Origin: Octopus vulgaris
Taxonomy: Eukaryota
Direction of reading: 5' to 3'
Length of the DNA: 64,000 bases
Assembly: GCA_951406725.2 (NCBI GenBank)
Contig: OX597828.1
Span: 36,084,001 to 36,148,000, forward strand
Made by a program: the position numbers and the translations under genes. Below the pieces are notes generated by a model. The model saw only the letters and a program-made list of their open reading frames with translations, had not been told where the DNA came from and did not search any database. Within the stretch, counting starts at the first letter, position 1. Each line of letters starts with the position of its first letter. Positions 27,026 through 41,437 of the stretch are shown piece after piece.

Positions 27026-27307
27026 TGTGTATATATATATATATATGTAAAATGTACTATATGAACGTGGTCGATGCCAGTACCCCTTGCCAGTGGCACA
27101 TAAAAAGCACTGTCTGAACTTGGTCGATGCCAGGGCCACCTGACTGGCACATAAAAAGCGCCCACTACACTCTCAGAGTGGTTGGCGTTAGAAAGGGCAT
27201 CCAGCTGTAGAAACCTTGTCACATCACATTGGAACCTGGTGCAGCCACTAGCTTTCCAGACCTCAGTCAAACCGTCCAACCCATGCCAGCATGGTAAACG
27301 ATGATGA

Positions 27308-27865
<558 letters not shown>

Positions 27866-28082
27866 ATGACAGGTTTCTTTCAGTTTCCATCTACTCACAA
27901 GGCTTTTGGTCAGTTCAGGTCTATAGTAGAAGGCATTTCTACAAGGTGTCACATGGTGTTACTGAACCTGGAACCATGTGGTTGGGGAGGAAACTTCTTA
28001 CCTCACAGCCACGCCTGCATCTATAATGATTTAATTTACAGACCAGACATGATGAAATAATTTGAAATAAAGGTAAGTAATT

Positions 28083-28470
28083 GACTGTAGAGTAAGAAGC
28101 TTGCTTCCCAATCACACAATTCCGGGTTCAGTCCCACTGCATGACATCTTGGGCAAGTGTCTTCTACTATAGCCTCGGGTCAACCAAAGCCTTGCGAGTG
28201 GATTTGGTAGACGGAAACTGAAAGAAGCCCTTCGTATATTCGCGCGTGCGCGTGTGTCACCACCGCTTGACAACCGGTTTTGGCATATTTACGTCCCTGT
28301 AACTTTGCGATTCGGCAAAAGAGATCGACAGAATAAGTATCAGACTTTTAAAAAAAAGTACAGTAGGGATGGGGGCATTCATTCGACTAAAAAAAAAAAA
28401 AAAAAAAAAAAATTCAAGGCCCCAGCATGGCCGCAGTCTAATCACTGAAACAACTAAAAGAAGAAAAGAG
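28083..28470 (+). mobile_element. SINE family A (an inverted partial copy lies at 27866-28022)
   Basis: Diverged copy. Confidence 0.85.
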
Positions 28471-30902
28471 ATCGGTAGATCAAAGCAGAAAACATTTTGA
28501 GAAAACAAAACAAAACAAAAAATTACATTAAATATTCATTTCCAATATCATAAAATAAAGTAGCTTAAGATTAAGATCAGAAATTAAAAATTTGTATCAT
28601 TAGAGCAGGAAATATGAGATTTGAATTTAAATTGCAGACCGTGGGATAATCCGCTATCTTTCTGCGGATAGTTAACACCATATTCTTAATGAAACACATT
28701 AAATACGTATTTCTATTAATTTTGGAAATAATGACAATTTTTTTTTAAAGGTAAAACACTATAATTGATGGCATAAAAAAATGTACGGGTATAAATAGAC
28801 GCACCCTATTCCAGCAGCGCATATTCAGGAAAAAACAAAGTTAGCTTAAGGGAAGGCCAATATTGCATATAGAACCAAGAGTGACTTGTTCAGATATTCT
28901 TTTTATTTTAAGTCTGTCTTATATGCCATCAAATACGGTAACTATTCTCTGCTTTCATTGTTTGTTGTCGATGTTTAGCCCCAGATAAGCCCTTTTTTAG
29001 TATACCTACGATTAAAGATGTCCTAGATATGACAATTCTGTCTTAATGTACATCAGGAACTACACTGAACTGTCACAGTACAGGGCAGGTGACTCAGATG
29101 AGCTACATTGCAGTATTTAGTAAAGTTCTTAGCATTACGGGAAAATTAATCCGCTGCCTGGTTTAACATCATCATTTGGCCCGTGGTACCTTTTGTAGAA
29201 TTTACTATTGCATACCATTTCGACCAGGTTTCCAGTTTAAGGTTAACATCTTCCTTTCCTTCCCAGTTTCAGAGGTCATGAAAAACTAAAGGTTTTGACT
29301 CCCTGGTCCTAACAAAGCTGTTAAAAATGTATTCTTTATTTAAGACAGTAAAGTGTGATTTTTTAGGGACACTTGGCTGTTGTGTCTAGCAAGTCAATGG
29401 ACCACAGTCTTTCCTTGCCTTGTTGTTCAACCCCAGGTCAGGCTAGACTGAGCAGATCTAAGATCAAAGGCATTTCAGTCATTATATAATTAGGAATGTA
29501 TTCCTTTCACACCAAGGTACTATTTGAGGAAGATATGGCTGCTACATCTTGCAAATCGAACGATCACGCAGAGGTCTGAGTTTAACGTCCTCGTTGGCTT
29601 ATACATTAAACTGGTAGAGAAATTCGGTTGGAATTTAAACAGGATAACTTTTTAAAAAACGGAAGATTATCACTCATAGAACCAGACGGTGTCTGTGACA
29701 AACTGGCGTCGGTGAAGGAAGCACGGAAGCTTATAGTTATAAACCAGGAGCGATGGAACTTCTATGTAGTCGTCCGACCTGCTAGGAACAGCAGTCAAAT
29801 CTCAGATTACACCCGTATCATCCTAAAAATAGAATGACACACTAAGATAAAATAAAATTCATTCTTGGATAGTACGAAGACCGAATGATCACAGCTGGTG
29901 CCTCAATGATTATAGGTTAGCTCGAATAGTGCATACTTAGGGCTAAAGCACCACCAAAAAGGAGAGCATAGACCAAATAAGGTCGAAAACAAAAGGTATC
30001 ATATTTAGTTCCCGTTTACCGACATTGCGACGTTATTAGTTCAAATCTGACTAGGGTTATATTCGTTATTCATCTTTCAAGGGGCTTTGGTGAAAATAAA
30101 AATAAAAAATAAAAATAATAAATAATAAAATAATGTATGTATAAAGAGAATTCAAGCAAGTATTTTTGGAAATCGAATTCAACTAATTTAATGTCCACTC
30201 CGCTCCTCCTTAAAATAAACGATTCTCCTAGCACCCAAGTTAAACAGAACTCATTATTATTATAATCGGGACGCAGTGCATCTGGTATGATGTCATTCTG
30301 TCCAGCCGACGTCATCGAGTAAGAAGAGAGAAAGTGTGGGGGGAGGGAAGGATAGTGTTTGGGGAAGGGGAGGGAGGGAGTTATTGTGGTTTATTACCTC
30401 ATCGGACAGTGCTGTCGGTCGGTCGGTCGGTCGGTCGGTCGGTCGATCCGTTATGATTGCTGTGGTAGCTGACATAGCATCACACGTTTTCTGTCTGCAT
30501 CAATCCATCAGACAAGAACCGTCCGACAACCAGTCATCCAACACACACACACACACAAAGATAGGAAGAAAGAAGCTTATTTGGCTTGTTCCACAAACTG
30601 CAAAAATCCTTCCTTTTGTCCCTCACCTCCTTCTTTCTCTCTCTCTGTCTTTCGCTTCCTCATTCTATCATCTCCTGTAGCTTCATCTACACATTCAACC
30701 ACCACCACCTCCCTCCCACATTCGCCCTCTTTAGCTTTCTTTCTCATTTAATTCTCCTTTTCCTTATCCCTCCCCTCCACTTTCTCTGTCCCCTTCACCC
30801 CTATATATCATATCTCTCTCTCTATCTCTCTCTCTCGTTCATAAGTGCTTGAGTGTGTTTCTGTAGTGTCTGTATGACTCAACATTAATATTCATCGTAA
30901 TT

Positions 30903-30956
<54 letters not shown>

Positions 30957-31034
30957 TCCATGCATAAAACTATTCACACCTAGGCCCCTCTAAGTGAGTA
31001 GACATACACACATAACACACCTCTTCTATGACTC

Positions 31035-31075
<41 letters not shown>

Positions 31076-33949
31076 ATGACCTTATAATTCTATACTTATC
31101 TCTATGTTACCATTTCTTCCTCCCCCGCTTTTTCTCTCATTCTCTCATCTAATTCTTATCTATATCATTCCTCTCCACTCGACCGCTTCTCTACTCTACA
31201 CATCGCCTCCCCTCCTATTCTCCCACCATTATCTGTTGCCCATACAACACTATTTACAACAAAGATAATTATAATATTTATTCGTTACTTCCTTCCTCCG
31301 TTCATTCACTTATATATTTCCTCCAGTGACTTTCTACTCAATTTTCTTTTCTATTATCAGTAAGGTAGTGAATGAGTGTAATAACGGAGATAATGATGGG
31401 GACGGTGAGAGATGGGTCAGCGATGGGGGTTACTAGGCCATCCTGGCAGTGGAGAGGTGTATTATATCTGTGCGTAGGAGAGAGTGTGTGTTGTGTGTGT
31501 GTGTATGTGTTATACACGCATCAGCTTAAGTCAGTTATTGGTTCCAAGACGTGCTAACACGGAAAAACATTAAAAATTTTAATAGCTTGGATGTTTTAAT
31601 AAACTAGTTTGTACATATTTTCACATGTATTTTATTTGATTTTTCCTCTACAATATTGGTTTTTAGGTGATTTAAAAATTTTTTTTAGTCGTTCTAAACA
31701 TGTCCGTTGAGACCGACTTAAAGCCGGATAAATCGACTTAAGTTCAGATTTATTTCCACCCCATTTCCAAAAAGACGTAACTCGAAACAACGCAAGTTGA
31801 GGTATGTCTGTATGTATATCACAACCTCTTTAGATGTATTGCTTGTCTTGACTCATACATGATTAAGAAATGATCGCACAGACTTTCCTATTTTGCCGCC
31901 ATCTAAAGTGTTTATCTCTTTCTACCTTTCACGCCTTTGCATTTGTCAATCTCGCCAAACCCTTTCTCTTTCTCCTGTGTTGGGTGTGAGTGTGTGTGCA
32001 TGTGTACATGTGCATATATATATATGAATGACTGAAAAAAAAAATCTCTTCAAAAGTGAAAGTAGATATTTCTAATATACGTACATTAGTCTGTGTATGT
32101 GTGTGCATAGAACTTATACAATCATCGTTGGAGACTTTCATACACGTGCACATGTAAATGTACTTATGCATTTCCTTTTTAATGTCTAATATCAGTTTAT
32201 TGCATGCACACACACACACGAAGGAAGAGCCTCTCTCTCTCTCTCTCTCTCTTCGACGTGTGTGTATGTGTGTCCACGTACTATAGATATGCATTGTGCA
32301 TCATCTATGTTTACAGCAGCGGTCACATGTTGGGTTTGTTTACATCGTAACCAGCAGCAAAAAGTGATAAAAATACCAAATTAATATGGAATAAGAAGGG
32401 GAGGAGGCAACGACGTCATAGCAAATCACGGGATCTCGTGCCAAGTTAAGCTGAGAAGGTGGCGGAAACTTGACAAAAGAAAAAGGGGGAAAACAACAAC
32501 AACAACAACAAAAATATACATTACCTCTCGACGAAGGAAAGTAAACTCTTCTTTTTCTTCGCTTAACATGACCTTACAAAGAGGAGGTGGTACAAATGCA
32601 CATAAATAGGGATCGGCGTGTGAAGAAGGAAGGACACTTGTTGAACAATCTCAGGTAACTAAATTTGGATGAATGCTATAGCCATCAGATAGATGTTGGC
32701 TTTTCTTCTGCCTGACTGCGAAGATTAAACTATTTCGGTTGGCTCTGGAACAAGCTGCGTAGCAGTGTTGTTCAAAGGCCTCGATCTAAAAGTAAGCACG
32801 ATATCTCGAAAGCTTGATAATAAAGTCGCCGGTCCTAGACGTGAACAGCTTTAAGTGCAATGGACTCTTCACAGAAGTGGCTGTTTTACACCTCGGCAGC
32901 AGCTTGATGGTTGGATCTCTTCAATCGTCTAAGATACAGTTCTAAGCACATTTCGTTCATCAATCATTTAAGGTGAATACTATGCACGCAGGGATTGGTT
33001 GGGCTACTAAAAGCCTCGCAAACATGCTCAGATAATTCCAACAGCCCTACAAGTATTGCCTGGATTTCCCGATTACGCCAAAATTGAGTAGGACAAACTG
33101 TCATGTACATTGAGTACGACTTGGAGTAGCTGCTTACACAGATCACGAATTTGTGGCTCTGTAAGAGCAATTTACTTCAGACAAATAAGAGATCCAGTTG
33201 CCGGAAATTGAACACATCTTTCTCGACACAAAGTTTTCAGAGACCAGATTAGCGAATTAGTTAAACAGCAACTAACGAGGGAAACAACAACATGAATCTT
33301 ACAATTGGGAAAGACGAGAGTAAAGTCGATGAAGTTTAGTAAAGATGTTTCAACAGAGAATAACAGAAGAGAACCAACAAAATCAGTCGATTAGAATAGA
33401 CGAAAAGAAAGAAAATCAGCACATACGACGTGGTAGAGACAAGAATTGTCTTTCCCCATTTCTTCGACGCAAAACATGAAGGAAACACGAGGGAGAGAAG
33501 CCATTCGCTAGACCTGGGTAGTAGAAACGCAATCTGGAAATGAATCTACACTTAAGTCTTCGATGGACGGTCGCTATCCAACTCCAGCGCACACGTGCTA
33601 ACAATTTACCGAACTGTTTGCAAAGATCGACGGAGTGCAGGCGAAAGATTCCTTCGGTTTTTACCTCGATGGTCTGTCATAAATCTCGATGGAAGACGTA
33701 AATAACTCACAAAAGTCATTTCAGTGGCTGAAACAGCAAACGTGTTAAGTTGCCGTGCGAGAAGCAAAGTACCAGAAAACGATGGTCTGCCCTACGCTAC
33801 TTTATTGTCACACGCCATATTTCTTCTCAAATTTCATGATAGCTGTTTCTTGCAACTTACGACAAACCGGAAGAATACCCGAGTACGTAAAAAATGATGA
33901 ATTACTGAGGAAGCATCAAGCTAAAATGCCATAACTGACAATTTTAAAC

Positions 33950-34145
33950 TAATAATAATAATAATATTGGCATCCTTTCTGTCTCGGGAGACAATGGAGT
34001 TGCGCATGAAGTAGTCTAGTCCGGCTTTTATATTTCATGTCCTGATACATTTCCTGCTGTGGCTGTGTAGTTCTATCCTGGACAAACACTCCCTCTGGCA
34101 GGTACCGCAAATGTAGCGAGGACTGTTCCTGGCTGGTTGTAGTGC
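33950..34145 (-). mobile_element. 3' terminal fragment of an RTE-type LINE with C-terminal zinc finger and (TAT)n tail
   Basis: Minus strand YICGTCQRECLSRIELHSHSRKCIRT*, then CATTGTCTCCCGAGACAGAAAGGATGCCAA and (TAT)n. Confidence 0.7.
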
Positions 34146-34465
34146 CAAACATACGCAGATTCAATTCCACTTTATTATTATTATTATTATTATTACTATT
34201 ATTATTATTATTATTATTATTAATCAATTGGTTAAATATCTGACCAACTAATCGATCGTTTGTTTAACGTGTGTTACAGCGAGTAGGGAGTCACAGGTCA
34301 CTGAAAAGGTTGCGAACAGCAACGAAAGAACTTTGAACGACAAACAACCGATTGATTGTTTAACCAGTAAATTAAACAAACGATTGATTATTTAGTCGGT
34401 TTGATATTTAACTAATTGACTAATAATAATAATAAAGAAGTGGAATTGAACCTGTGCATATGTTG
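34146..34465. mobile_element. Fold-back unit with a decayed hammerhead (34296-34338, +) in the spacer
   Basis: Arms ~34146-34268 and ~34372-34465 are diverged inverted repeats. The spacer contains GGTCA-CTGAAAA-G-GTTGC(GAACA)GCAAC-GAAA-GAAC-TT-TGAAC. Confidence 0.6.
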
Positions 34466-35591
34466 ATATTATTGACATAACGATTCTCCTAAGACACAAC
34501 AAAACTTATTTCATCACACAAATTGACATCAAGAATCTGGCAAACCAAATAAAGACAATTTTAAGCTCATAACTCTGATAAGTACAGAGCTAAGGAAAGA
34601 GTAAACGTACTCGACATGAAATTAGCGTTTGTTAATTGTCAGACACAAACCTGTTCGACCTCTGACAAATCTATGATACACCATTATAAGGTGGAGGTTA
34701 TCTATCCAAGACAACCTCCACTTCATGCAATAAATCGCGGAGCGGGTCGTGAATAGATCTGACTTCGGTAAGGCACTGATCAATTTTAATTAAGCTAAAG
34801 AACTTGTGCTGGTTCGGCCTTCGCTGTATGATCGCTGTCCCAAGCGCCGTTTCGGGGCCAGTTTCAGAGGCGGAATCGCTTCAGTGTACAACAGTATCTG
34901 TTCGGTAGTCAAATCAAACGCCCACTTATCAGAACAGTTCTGAATCACGTATTTTATGTGTCAAGGATGACAGACCGAACGCGTGATACCAAAGCTGGTG
35001 TTGAAGTGCATCCCTCTTGAAACGGAATACGAAAGACCTCATCGTATACGTAAATGACATCACTGGTGGTGTCGAACACACCAGAGATAGAGGTGGCTGG
35101 CAACCATACAGAATAAGTATCAGATAGTAACGGAATCGCGCATTAACCGAACAAGTCGTTATTAACTAATCCAGTACCTGGAGAGGTATTTACTTCCATG
35201 TGAAGCAATAACTTCAATTGCTGGACTGAATTTTCGGTTAAATTACGAATAAAAACTAAGAAACCGTCACAAGCACGGTGGTTAGTCTTACTGATAAATA
35301 GGCTAAAATAACTGCCATTGAAAGATCGGATGGGGGTAGCTAACACCCCAGCATGGCCACAGTCCAATGTTGAAACAAGTAAAAAGAATAATAAAGATGG
35401 GAGCCGTTGTTTAATATTCCATTTATGCGCACATACATACGTATTTATAATATGCATGTGTGCATGTATGTGTGAATGTATATCTGTGGTATATGATAAC
35501 GTAAACATCAAATCGGTTCTCAACTAATTCAACCATGCACAAAATCTTTCCATCCTTAATGGTCCCCGTAGAATGTAGAGATATTATTCGC

Positions 35592-35908
35592 TATGGCTCA
35601 GTGGTTAGAGCGTCGAGCTTACGATCGTGAGGTTGTGGGTTCGATTCCTGGACTGGGCTGCGTGTTGTGTTCTTGAGCAAGACACTTTATTTCATGTTGC
35701 TCCAGTTCACTCAGCTATAGAAATGAGTTGCGACATCACTGGTGCCAAGCTGTATCGGCCCCTTTGCCTTTCCCTTGGAGAACATCAGTGGTGTGGAGAG
35801 GGGAGGTCGGTATGCATGGGCGACTGCTGGCCTTCCATAAACAACCTTGCCTCGGAGGATAACTTTCTAGGTGCAATCCCATGGTCATTCATGACCGAAG
35901 GGGGTCTC
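35592..35908 (+). mobile_element. SINE family C
   Basis: Similar to 22774-23143. Confidence 0.9.
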
Positions 35909-36314
35909 CTCCTCATTCGCTGTTGTACGTAATGGTAACTTCCGTAAAACTGAAGAATGAATGAATCATTAGAATGAGAAGATAAATTCAATTCTTATCA
36001 ACAACAAAAAAAAAAGCTACTTTTTTCAATGCGGATAATGTCTCAGAGTAACTGACATAACTATAGAATTATTAAAGCATGAAATTACAAACTGTGAATC
36101 ATAAAATTATGAAGTCACAAAGGCCAAGCAAATGACGTGCGGCAATGAATACTGTGAAATATCGTCTGCGTTTCCTGGCGTGCAGGGACCACTTCATCCA
36201 TTCTACCACGTTATTTTGTTATCTCCAAGTATCTCTATCTCTCTCTCCCTCTCTCTCACACACACACCTAAGAGATTTCTGTATAATTTTTTGGCTTCAA
36301 TCTTATGGGCTTAT

Positions 36315-36700
36315 CTTTTATCTTTTACTTATTTCAGACATTGGACAGCGGCTACACTGGGGCACCGCCTTGAAGGGTTTAGTCGAACAAATCGACCAGA
36401 CTACCGGTTTTTTTTTTTTTATTTATTAGGTACTTATTCTATCGTCTCTTTTGCCGAGCCACTACGTCACAGGCACGTAAAAAAACCAGTAACGGTTAGC
36501 AAGCGATGGTAGGGAACATACAGAAACACACATACACGCACGACAGACTTCTTTCAGTTTCTGTCAACCAAATTCACTCACAAGGTCTTGATCGGCCCAG
36601 GGCTACAATAGAAAAGACTTGCCCATGGTGTCACGCAGCGGGACTGAACCCAGAACCATGTTGTTGCGAAGCAAACTTCTTACCACACAGCCGCACCTGC
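36315..36700 (-). mobile_element. SINE family A (old)
   Basis: Diverged copy; another lies at ~39225-39535 (-). Confidence 0.8.
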
Positions 36701-37508
36701 TTTAGTTTCATTAATCTTTTTTTTTTACCCCCAGCCCACCCCTGAATGCCTGATGTGACGGTTTCAAAGAGGAAGCATCAATGAAAATTCTGATGGAACT
36801 AGTCATGAATGATCGAAATATTCTGATAAACTTCGCTGAGTAAATGCGAAAATGGAAGCACCAAAGACCCGTTTTTATAATGGCGGGTACTAACCAAAGT
36901 CCTTTATATGAAATGGTGATCGTATGCAGCAATGATCCCAGCAAACCTGAAAAGACACTTCACGACATATGACAGTCTTGTCAAATAAATAAAAGTGCTA
37001 ATTATTTTTAAAGGGTGCTGGAATCTCAAAATATACAGAGTAGAGCTTTTGTAAGTAAACTTAGTGTCGGTAAAAAGATCCCAAAAGCAAGTTGTTTAGC
37101 TGCAGAGTCATACAGTTGGACAGAGCCTAGTAAGAATTCTTTTCACCATAGGGACGAGGCCTGGAAATTGTTTCTCGGAAGGGGAGGAGGGGTAGTCGAT
37201 TTTGTGGACCCCAGTGCTCAACTGGTACTCATTTTATCGACTCCTCTAAAAAGACGAAAGGCTGAGTCAACCACGGCGGAATTTCAACTCAGAACGTAAA
37301 GTCGAAGAAAAAAAATGGCCGCTGTCGATTCTGCCAGCTCGCTGCTTTTCTACTAAAGGCTCAAGGCCTGAAATTTTGAGGAAAGGGACTAGTCAATAAC
37401 ATTGGCCGCAGTGTTCAACTAGTACTTATTTCATCGAACTCGAAATGATGAAAGGCAAAGTCGACTTCCGTGGAATTTGAATCCAGAACGTAAAGAACCG
37501 GAAGAAAT

Positions 37509-37845
37509 TGAGACCCCCTTTGGTCATGACTGACCGTGGGATTGCACCTAGAAAGTTACCCTCCGAGGTACAAGTCTGGGCAAGGTTGTTTATGGAAGGC
37601 CAGCAGTCGCCCATGCATACCGACCTCCCCTCTCCACACCACCAGTGTTATCCAAGGGAAAGGCAAAGGGGCCGCTACAGCTTGGCACATGTGACGTCGC
37701 AACTCATTTCTACAGCTGAGTGAACTGGGGCAACGAGAAATAAAGTGTTTTGCTCAAGAACACGACACGCAGCCCGGTCCGGAATTCGAACTGACAACCT
37801 CACGGTCGTAAGATCGACGCTCTAACCACTGAGCCATGCGCCTTC
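37509..37845 (-). mobile_element. SINE family C inserted into a family B SINE, 12-bp TSD ACCGGAAGAAAT
   Basis: TSD at 37497-37508 and 37846-37857. Confidence 0.9.
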
Positions 37846-40045
37846 ACCGGAAGAAATACTGCTTATAAATTTGTGCAGCATCCTAACGATTCTACCAGCT
37901 CGCCGCTTTTGAGGGCCTAACAATAATGAATGCCAGCGTGTAGAATGAAAAAGAGAAAGCTAGCGAAATGATGGAAGAAAACGCAGTGATGCGAGACTGA
38001 AAATATTTCACTTCCGAATAACACAATTCTTCAAAATCTTGATGACATGACACATAACACTGAAGAAGTTTTGTGTGGAATTTTTTACTTTTTTTTGTCC
38101 ATATAATTAGGCAAGAGTAATAAGTGACAATAACATTTTTGAAAGCATTATTTTTGAGGTGACATTTATCAGTTAATGTACATGCAATAGTTGTACATAT
38201 TGGCCAATGTAGTAGGTACATATGACACGTGTACCGACACTTTAGCTAATTACTAGCCAACAATTGTTTGAATAATTACAATTAACTGAAAGATTAAATA
38301 AGTTTGTAATAATAAAGTCAAACTAAAAAAGTGATATTTTGAGATCATTTACTACGTATGTTTCAGGTCTGCACAATATATAATAGGAAATGCATCCATT
38401 ACGCAATACCTTCCTCAGTTAAAACATATTGTGTATCTAAGGGCGCGTGGCTTAGTGGTTACGGTGTTGCAATCACGATCGCAATGTCGTGATTTCGATT
38501 CCCGGCCTGGGAGATGCGTTGTGTTCTTAAACAAGAACACTTCATTTCGCATTTCTCCAGTCCACTCAGCTGTTAATAAGTAACCCTGCAACAGATTGGC
38601 GTCCTGTTTAAGAGGTCTGACCCTAGAAATCACCTCGGGCAGACGACAAGTGCTGCTAATAAGCACGGATTACATCGGTTGACAAAATTTCGTGAGCAGC
38701 AGCAAATGACAATATTGTATCACGTGATTTCACCGTGTTTCGGATCATCAGCAACAGACAGCCAAACACCAAAAAGCCAGGTCGAAAATCAGTCAAACCG
38801 ATAGAGTTTAATCAAAAGTTTGCTGCAGCACACATCCGCTTTCCCTTCAGACTAAACGATAAGGAAGACAGTTCTCTGTAGCTACTGGAATTATTGAGCA
38901 TATATTAAGAGTGGTTGCTTGTTTTTCTGTGATTAATCAAATTGATGAAGACATTTCTGATGAGAGCCCAATAAGATTCGAAAATCCGTAAATACTGTTC
39001 ACGACTTTTTCAGTCTACGGAGGAATAGCTGAATTAGCCGTTTACACATCTACTACATAAGTTACACACACACACACACACACACACACCTAGAGATAAA
39101 GTATGGTCACAGCTGTTACATCTTTAGTCAGAAGTTTGTTGCAGTACGTTTGATATGCTCACATATTTACGTTAGTCATCTCTGTTACCTTCCCCTCCAC
39201 CTCACTATCTTTTATTTTTTAATATTTTATTTGTTTCAGTCATTGGACTGCGGCTATGCTGAGCCGCCGCCGCTTTGATGGATTTTCAGTCGAACGAATC
39301 GACACCAGTTATTAGAAAGAAAAAAAAAAGAGAAAAACTGGTACTTATTCTCTCGGTTTCTGACGCCAGACTGCCGAGACAAAAACAAAGCAACACCGGT
39401 TGTCTCAAACAATAGTAGTAACACACAGAGACACACACACGACGGATTTCTTTCAGTTTCCACCAACTAAATCCACTCGCAAGACTTTGGTCGGCCCGGG
39501 CCGATAGCAGAAGACACTTGTGGAACCATGTGGTTACGAACTACTCACCGAAATGTAGACCGATAGTGACTTGTATGTATACTGAAAGCGATGAGTATGT
39601 TTAGAAATTTCTAGATAGAGATATATTTATTCAAATCAAATCAAATCAAATACATCACATACATCGTCTGCAGAAGTCGTGTCATTCGCTACAGAACAAT
39701 TTGGTCATTCGTTCAGGTCAATTTGGGTCACGTAAGACATTTCCACAGAGAAAGAGAGAGAGAGATGAGAGACGAAGCGGAAATGTGTCAAAAACCGAAA
39801 CAAATGGAAGGAAATTAAATTAAGGCAGAGAGAGAGGGGGGGGGAAAGAGAGGAGAGAGGGGGGAAGAGAGAGAGCGTGCGTGTCTGTAAGAGAAGACGA
39901 TGAAGTGAAGAAAGAAAAAAAATGGGTATAATATTGAAAATAGCAAAGTGAAAGAGAGAAGCGAGCAAAAGAGGGGCAGTAACGAAAGGAGAGGAAATGT
40001 AGATGGAACAGTTGTAGTAAGAAAATATAACGCAAAACTGAGGGA

Positions 40046-40084
<39 letters not shown>

Positions 40085-40250
40085 AGAAAATGGGTAATGC
40101 ATGTTTGTGTGTGTGTGCATGCGTGTGAGAGAGAGAGGGAGAGAGAGAGAGAAACTGAAGAAAATTTGTGAAAGTGGTAACTAAATTGAAGTATTTGTAA
40201 GAGAAAAAAAAAACTAAGGAAAATATTTGGAAGAGAACTAAATTGAAGGA

Positions 40251-40282
<32 letters not shown>

Positions 40283-40618
40283 TAGAGCAGAAAATAAAAT
40301 GGTGAGAAAGACTGCTAAAGTGAAGGAGAAGGACTAAAATTCAAGGAACAAGAACGGGCAGTGACGTGAAGAGGAAGAGGTGAAGTAAGAGAATGGGCCA
40401 CAGAAAAAAAGAGTAAAAAGCTTATTAGAGTAAAAGAGCGAGTAAAGACTTTGCCATTCATCCTTTCGGGGTCGATTAAATAAGTACCAGTTACGCACTG
40501 TGTCGATGCAATCGACTTAATCCCTTTGTCTGTCCTAGTTTGTCCCCTCTACGTTCAACCCCCTGTGGGCAATAAAGAAATTAATATAGAATGGGAGAGT
40601 TAAAGCTATCAAATATAA

Positions 40619-40670
<52 letters not shown>

Positions 40671-40750
40671 AATTGCAGCGTGGGAGGTGTTTATAAGCCA
40701 TTTAAGAAACACACAAAAGCCGTTCGATTCACTCCAACATTTAAGTTTAA

Positions 40751-40800
40751 TTTGTCAAAATATTTTCGTCGCTAAAATCCGCGACCTGTTCACTGACAAA
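40751..40800 (-). ncRNA. Second, inverted copy of the G3-C8 hammerhead
   Basis: Exact reverse complement of 43141-43190, in the left inverted repeat. Confidence 0.75.
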
Positions 40801-41437
40801 GTCCGTGCTGCATCTAAGAAAGTAACAGTTAGTTCGTCATATATATGTATGTACGTATGTATGTGTGTATGTATGCATACATGTGTGTATGTATGTACGT
40901 ATTCATGTCCGCACATACGCCTGTACGTATGATGTATGTATGTATGTATGTATGTATGTATGTATGTATATATGTATGTGTGTGTATAAGCACGCACATA
41001 CACTCTATAAAACATAAAGTTATAAACCTGTAGCGATGGATGGATGTAGAGTGACCACTCATCACAACGCTATCAAATTTCAACTCCCTACGGCCGAGGC
41101 TAGAAAGTGAATTTATGACGCTTGCTCACAAGAACTATACCCTAAAATCTATTATCAGATTTTTATCTCTATATCACAGAACTAATGTTTTACTATTGTT
41201 CGTATGTATGTATGTATGTATGTGCGTATGTATGTATGTATGTATGTATGTATGTATGTATGTATGTATGTATGTATGTATGTATGTACATACGTACGCA
41301 TGTGCGTATGTATGTATACGCGCCCGTATGCATGTGCCCATGTATGTGTGTGTGTACATGTACGTGCGTATGTACGTGTGTATGCCCATACGTAGGTATG
41401 TATGTATATATTCATGTGCTACGTATGTATGTGAGTG

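Larger units (their letters stand above)
32597..35160 (+). pseudogene. Highly decayed Tx1/L1-clade LINE ORF2 (APE plus RT), interrupted at ~33950-34480 by younger insertions
   Basis: Collinear fragments: KEGHLLNNLR*LNLD; YTDHEFV; CRKLNTSF; FTELF..FYLDGLS; SKVPENDGLPY; TGRIPEYV; DNFKLITLISTEL; SIQDNLHFMQ*IAERV...ALINFN*AK...FGASFRGGIASVYNSICSVVKSNAHLSEQF; VYVNDIT; YQIVTESRIN. None of these appears in the ORF track. Confidence 0.75.

Noticed and set aside
38725-38757. CTGATGA-TCC-GAAAC on the minus strand
   Set aside because: No stem II and no pairing stem I; insufficient to call a hammerhead.
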